Shown: positions 15,041-17,948 of the stretch, piece by piece | Layout of the letters: every line of letters starts with the position of its first letter | Numbering within the stretch: the first letter of the stretch is position 1 | Assembly: GCA_037147375.1 (NCBI GenBank) | Contig: JBAWVI010000003.1 | Coordinates: 1 to 17,948, forward strand | From: an archaeon | GTDB taxonomy: Archaea; Iainarchaeota; Iainarchaeia; Iainarchaeales; CSSED10-239 | Direction of reading: 5' to 3' | Length of the DNA: 17,948 nt | Program-made: the position numbers and the translations under genes | The notes under the pieces: generated by a model | What the model was told of the DNA's origin: nothing | Seen by the model: the letters and a program-made list of their open reading frames with translations, nothing else | Database searches by the model: none

Positions 15041-15793
15041 ATGGGTAAAAACGAAAAACTCAAAGCAAAACCTATTGAAAAAAGAAAATGGTATTCTTTT
15101 CTTGATTACATAGATCCTTTTACTTACCTTGATATGCTTCTTTATAATACTCTTGGAGAACCAAAGAGTATAGGTAAAAAGATTTTATTTTGGATTATTT
15201 ATATTGCATACGCTTTTCTTATAGCATATATACTTTATACTCTTCTTGGAATTATTTTTGGATCAGCCATGCCTCTTGCAACTGTTGTTTCTGGGTCTAT
15301 GGAACCATCATTCTATAGGGGAGATGTTGTTATTCTTGGAAGAACAAACAACATACACGCACAAATAATAACCACAAATCAAGATATTGCTAAAAAGGAT
15401 TTATCTTGGTTTAGTGAAATGACTTATAAAACAAATGAATATGGTCTTGATGAAGTAAATACAATTACAATTGATAATCAAACAATAAATCTTAATGATG
15501 TTAAGAAAAATAAAAATTCTGTTGTAGTTTATACATCTAATCTAAAAGGAATACCAATTATCCATCGTGTTGTTGCAATAATTGATGCAAATGATGGGAC
15601 TTTTGTTATTACAAAAGGAGATAATAGTAAAACAAATAGATACATTGATCAAGATTGTGAGGTATCTGCATTTACTGGTTATGCAACCAGAGGTTGTTTA
15701 AATCTTTACCCAGTAAACAAAGATGATTTACTTGGTAAAAAGATTGGAAAAATACCATACATAGGATATGTAAAACTATTTTTATTTGGATAA
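15041..15793 (+). CDS. Signal peptidase I, archaeal/ER type (S26B, Sec11-like)
   Basis: 250 aa. A TM anchor is followed by the catalytic Ser box VVSGSMEPSFYRGDVVIL, the His box IPIIHRVV and the TKGDNSKTNRYIDQD box. The spacer between the Ser and His boxes is unusually long. Confidence 0.85.
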   Translation: MGKNEKLKAKPIEKRKWYSFLDYIDPFTYLDMLLYNTLGEPKSIGKKILFWIIYIAYAFLIAYILYTLLGIIFGSAMPLATVVSGSMEPSFYRGDVVILGRTNNIHAQIITTNQDIAKKDLSWFSEMTYKTNEYGLDEVNTITIDNQTINLNDVKKNKNSVVVYTSNLKGIPIIHRVVAIIDANDGTFVITKGDNSKTNRYIDQDCEVSAFTGYATRGCLNLYPVNKDDLLGKKIGKIPYIGYVKLFLFG

Positions 15794-15799
15794 ATTATT

Positions 15800-16672
15800 A
15801 TGGAAGACATAAATTTTAATTTCAATAAACTAACTGATAAAGAAAAAATCGATTATTTGGTTAAACAACAACATCTCCCACTAACCTTAAATGTATATAG
15901 ACAAGGGCACAAGATTTTAGAGCAACTTAAACACATAGGAAAAACTCCAACTGAATTCTATTTAGCAACAAAATTATATTTTTATATGCCAAGCACAATG
16001 TATACTACAGAAAAACTAGATGTAATTAAAGTAAACTTAAAACTAAGAAAGCAACTTACTTTTCCAAGTATTCATTCTGATTATATTATTCAATTTACAA
16101 GTCCAATATTCGATAAGCACGGATACGCCTATAATACACATGTTGAATCTGGAATGCAAGTAGAGATTATTAAAAAAGATCCACATCATAAAAGAATAGT
16201 TACGTTTAATGCATTCTTAACTAAAGAAAAAAATCAAAGAAATATGAGAATAAATAATATACAAGGTACTGAAAACTCAATCTTAGAATTAAATGAATTA
16301 TCAAGCAAGCTTGGAGAAAATTGGAGAATTAAAATTATAAAAACATTAAATCAAATTTGTGTTTCAAAAAAGATTAGATTAATTGGTGAACTTCCAAAAA
16401 AGTTTGTTTCCGGAAAAACGGATTCAGAATATGAAAGAATCCTAAGACAATATATACAAACCTATCTTTTAGGTGGAGTTAAACCAGAAAATATAGATGT
16501 TTCCAATATTAAGGATTATAAGATTAAAAATAAATTAGAAAAAATAATTATTAATAAAGATAAAAATAAATTAATTCACGAAGAAAGACTTGAAAAGCAA
16601 AAATTAAGAGAAAAAAATAATACACAGAAAACAAATACGGAAAAACCAAGAATTCTTAGAAGATATCTTTAA
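15800..16672 (+). CDS. Hypothetical protein with a K/R/E-rich C-terminal tail; no family recognised
   Basis: This is a 290-aa uninterrupted ORF that starts 6 nt after the signal peptidase stop on the same strand. Its composition is like the neighbouring genes. The last 50 or so residues (KLEKIIINKDKNKLIHEERLEKQKLREKNNTQKTNTEKPRILRRYL) are strongly charged and basic. I recognise no catalytic or binding motif. Confidence 0.6.
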   Translation: MEDINFNFNKLTDKEKIDYLVKQQHLPLTLNVYRQGHKILEQLKHIGKTPTEFYLATKLYFYMPSTMYTTEKLDVIKVNLKLRKQLTFPSIHSDYIIQFTSPIFDKHGYAYNTHVESGMQVEIIKKDPHHKRIVTFNAFLTKEKNQRNMRINNIQGTENSILELNELSSKLGENWRIKIIKTLNQICVSKKIRLIGELPKKFVSGKTDSEYERILRQYIQTYLLGGVKPENIDVSNIKDYKIKNKLEKIIINKDKNKLIHEERLEKQKLREKNNTQKTNTEKPRILRRYL

Positions 16673-17880
16673 GCACTAAATTCTTTTTGTAATAATTCTT
16701 GTATTGATTTTGGATCTACTCCAAGTCTAATAAGAGTTGTACTTCCTCTTACTCCTTTTCCAGATTCTGTTGTAGAAATAAAACCATATGTTTCAAGCTC
16801 ATTAATATATTCTCTAAACCAACGCATAGAAACTGGTTTTTCCCCAAACTTTTTTGTAAGTAGCATATATTTTTCATATATTTCTCCAGAATACAATACA
16901 TTTTCTTCTAGAGATCCATCTATTTTTAATATTCCTCTTGGCTTTTCAGATTTTTCAGAAATTGCAAGAAGAACTAATTGTAATTGTGCAGGAAGAGTAA
17001 GAACCATGCTTTTCATAATCTCTTGTTCAACCTTTTCTTTTGCTTGGTAAACTTCTTTGTCTGTTACTTCTTTTTTTTGATTAAGATCTGCAAGTTCCCC
17101 AGCTCTCAATAAAAGCATAACTGCTGTTCTAGCGTCTCCTGATTCCTTTGCAGAGATTGCAGCAGCAATAGCTATTGCTGAATCAGTAACAACTCCAGGC
17201 CTAAATGCTAAAGCAATTCTTTGATTTAATATTTCTTTAAGCTCCTCTGCATTATATGGAGGATAAACTGTTTCCTGCTCACACAATGTGCTTTTTGTTC
17301 TTTGATCAAGTCTTGATTTAAATAAAATATTATTTGATATTCCAATAATTGAAACGCTTCCAACATCAAGTTCATCATTTGCTCTTGTTAAAGTGTACAC
17401 TAAATCATCTATTTCTTTATCTTTAATTTTATCAATTTCATCAAGTATCACTACAAAATTCATTTTTGTGTCTTTAATGTATGATATGAACTTATCATAA
17501 ATAAAAGACCTTGAATATCCAATAAAATTCTTATCAGGATAGAATAATTGAACACAATAAAAAAGAACTGCATACTTTGTTTGATAATTTCTACAATTTA
17601 AATAAATTGATTGAAAAGGTAAATTATTTTCTCTTGAAACATCAACTAATTGATCAACTACGTGTCTAACAACTGTTGTTTTTCCAGTTCCTACCTTTCC
17701 ATAAATAAAAACGTTATGTGGTTTTTCTTTTTTTAGAGCTGGTGATAACCAGATTGAAAGAGTTTTGATTTCTTTATCTCTAAAAGGAAGTCTTTCTGGT
17801 GCATAATGTGGAGATATTTTATTTTTATCAATAAAAACAGATTCTTGATTTAAGAACCCATAAAATATATTCTCAGACAT
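16669..17880 (-). CDS. orc1: Orc1/Cdc6 replication initiator (AAA+ domain plus C-terminal winged helix)
   Basis: 403 aa. Motifs are LPFRDKEIKTL, Walker A YGKVGTGKTT, Walker B VVILDEIDK, sensor 1 IIGISN and sensor 2 GDARTAV. The C-terminal wH is YINELETYGFISTTESGKGVRGSTTLI. Confidence 0.95.
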   Translation of the reverse strand: MSENIFYGFLNQESVFIDKNKISPHYAPERLPFRDKEIKTLSIWLSPALKKEKPHNVFIYGKVGTGKTTVVRHVVDQLVDVSRENNLPFQSIYLNCRNYQTKYAVLFYCVQLFYPDKNFIGYSRSFIYDKFISYIKDTKMNFVVILDEIDKIKDKEIDDLVYTLTRANDELDVGSVSIIGISNNILFKSRLDQRTKSTLCEQETVYPPYNAEELKEILNQRIALAFRPGVVTDSAIAIAAAISAKESGDARTAVMLLLRAGELADLNQKKEVTDKEVYQAKEKVEQEIMKSMVLTLPAQLQLVLLAISEKSEKPRGILKIDGSLEENVLYSGEIYEKYMLLTKKFGEKPVSMRWFREYINELETYGFISTTESGKGVRGSTTLIRLGVDPKSIQELLQKEFSA

Positions 17881-17889
17881 TTATATTTG

Positions 17890-17894
17890 CACCT
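17890..17894 (-). promoter_or_regulatory. Shine-Dalgarno-like AGGTG, 9 nt upstream of the orc1 ATG
   Basis: The minus strand reads ttaaAGGTGcaaatataaATG. Confidence 0.4.
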
Positions 17895-17948
17895 TTAATT
17901 AGATATAATATATAAGATTCAAATGCTTTTTATATGTTTGTTCTGCTT

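Noticed and set aside
16648-16657. 10-bp palindrome AAGAATTCTT near the end of the orphan gene
   Set aside because: It is a short palindrome within coding sequence that contains an EcoRI-type site. Such palindromes are expected by chance in AT-rich DNA and nothing nearby supports a function.
1-17948. Defence systems, CRISPR arrays, prophage or transposon remnants, toxin-antitoxin pairs, inteins
   Set aside because: I looked for spaced repeat arrays, integrase, transposase or nuclease hallmarks, small paired ORFs, and oversized host proteins. None was found. Every ORF over 200 nt that is not an antisense shadow is accounted for, and the conserved proteins (Cdc48, Orc1, PriL, GpmI) have normal lengths.

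Overview
This is a very AT-rich, extremely compact stretch of an archaeal chromosome. By my gene calls only about 660 of 17,948 nt are non-coding. I call 21 protein-coding genes, one cut by the left edge, in seven alternating strand blocks. I see no rRNA or tRNA genes, no CRISPR array, no transposase or integrase, and no long repeats.

The content is mostly information-processing and housekeeping:
- Replication and transcription: Orc1/Cdc6, primase large subunit PriL, and RNA polymerase subunits K and L.
- Translation and RNA surveillance: ribosomal protein eS17, exosome cap protein Csl4, Pelota, a DRG-type GTPase and a HemK/Mtq2-like methyltransferase.
- Protein handling: a Cdc48 AAA+ ATPase, an NFACT-R (NEMF/RqcH-related) protein, an M50 protease and an archaeal/ER-type signal peptidase.
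- Others: TatD, a bacterial-type GpmI, a SpoIIM-like membrane protein and a split FlaJ/TadBC-like pilus platform.

The gene set, tiny spacers and low GC suggest a small-genome, DPANN-like archaeon; this is inference only. I find no recognisable defence or mobile island.

The items most worth a second look are:
1. An N-terminally truncated NFACT protein sits directly upstream of Cdc48, behind an Lrp-like regulator. This is a possible RQC-like module.
2. Pelota is tightly coupled to an uncharacterised methyltransferase with a long N-terminal extension.
3. The DRG GTPase appears to have lost its G3 and G4 motifs.
4. An orphan 290-aa protein with a basic tail ends the csl4-rpoL-signal peptidase string and shares overlapping stop codons with orc1.

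All functional calls rest on motifs I read by eye. None has been checked by a database search.
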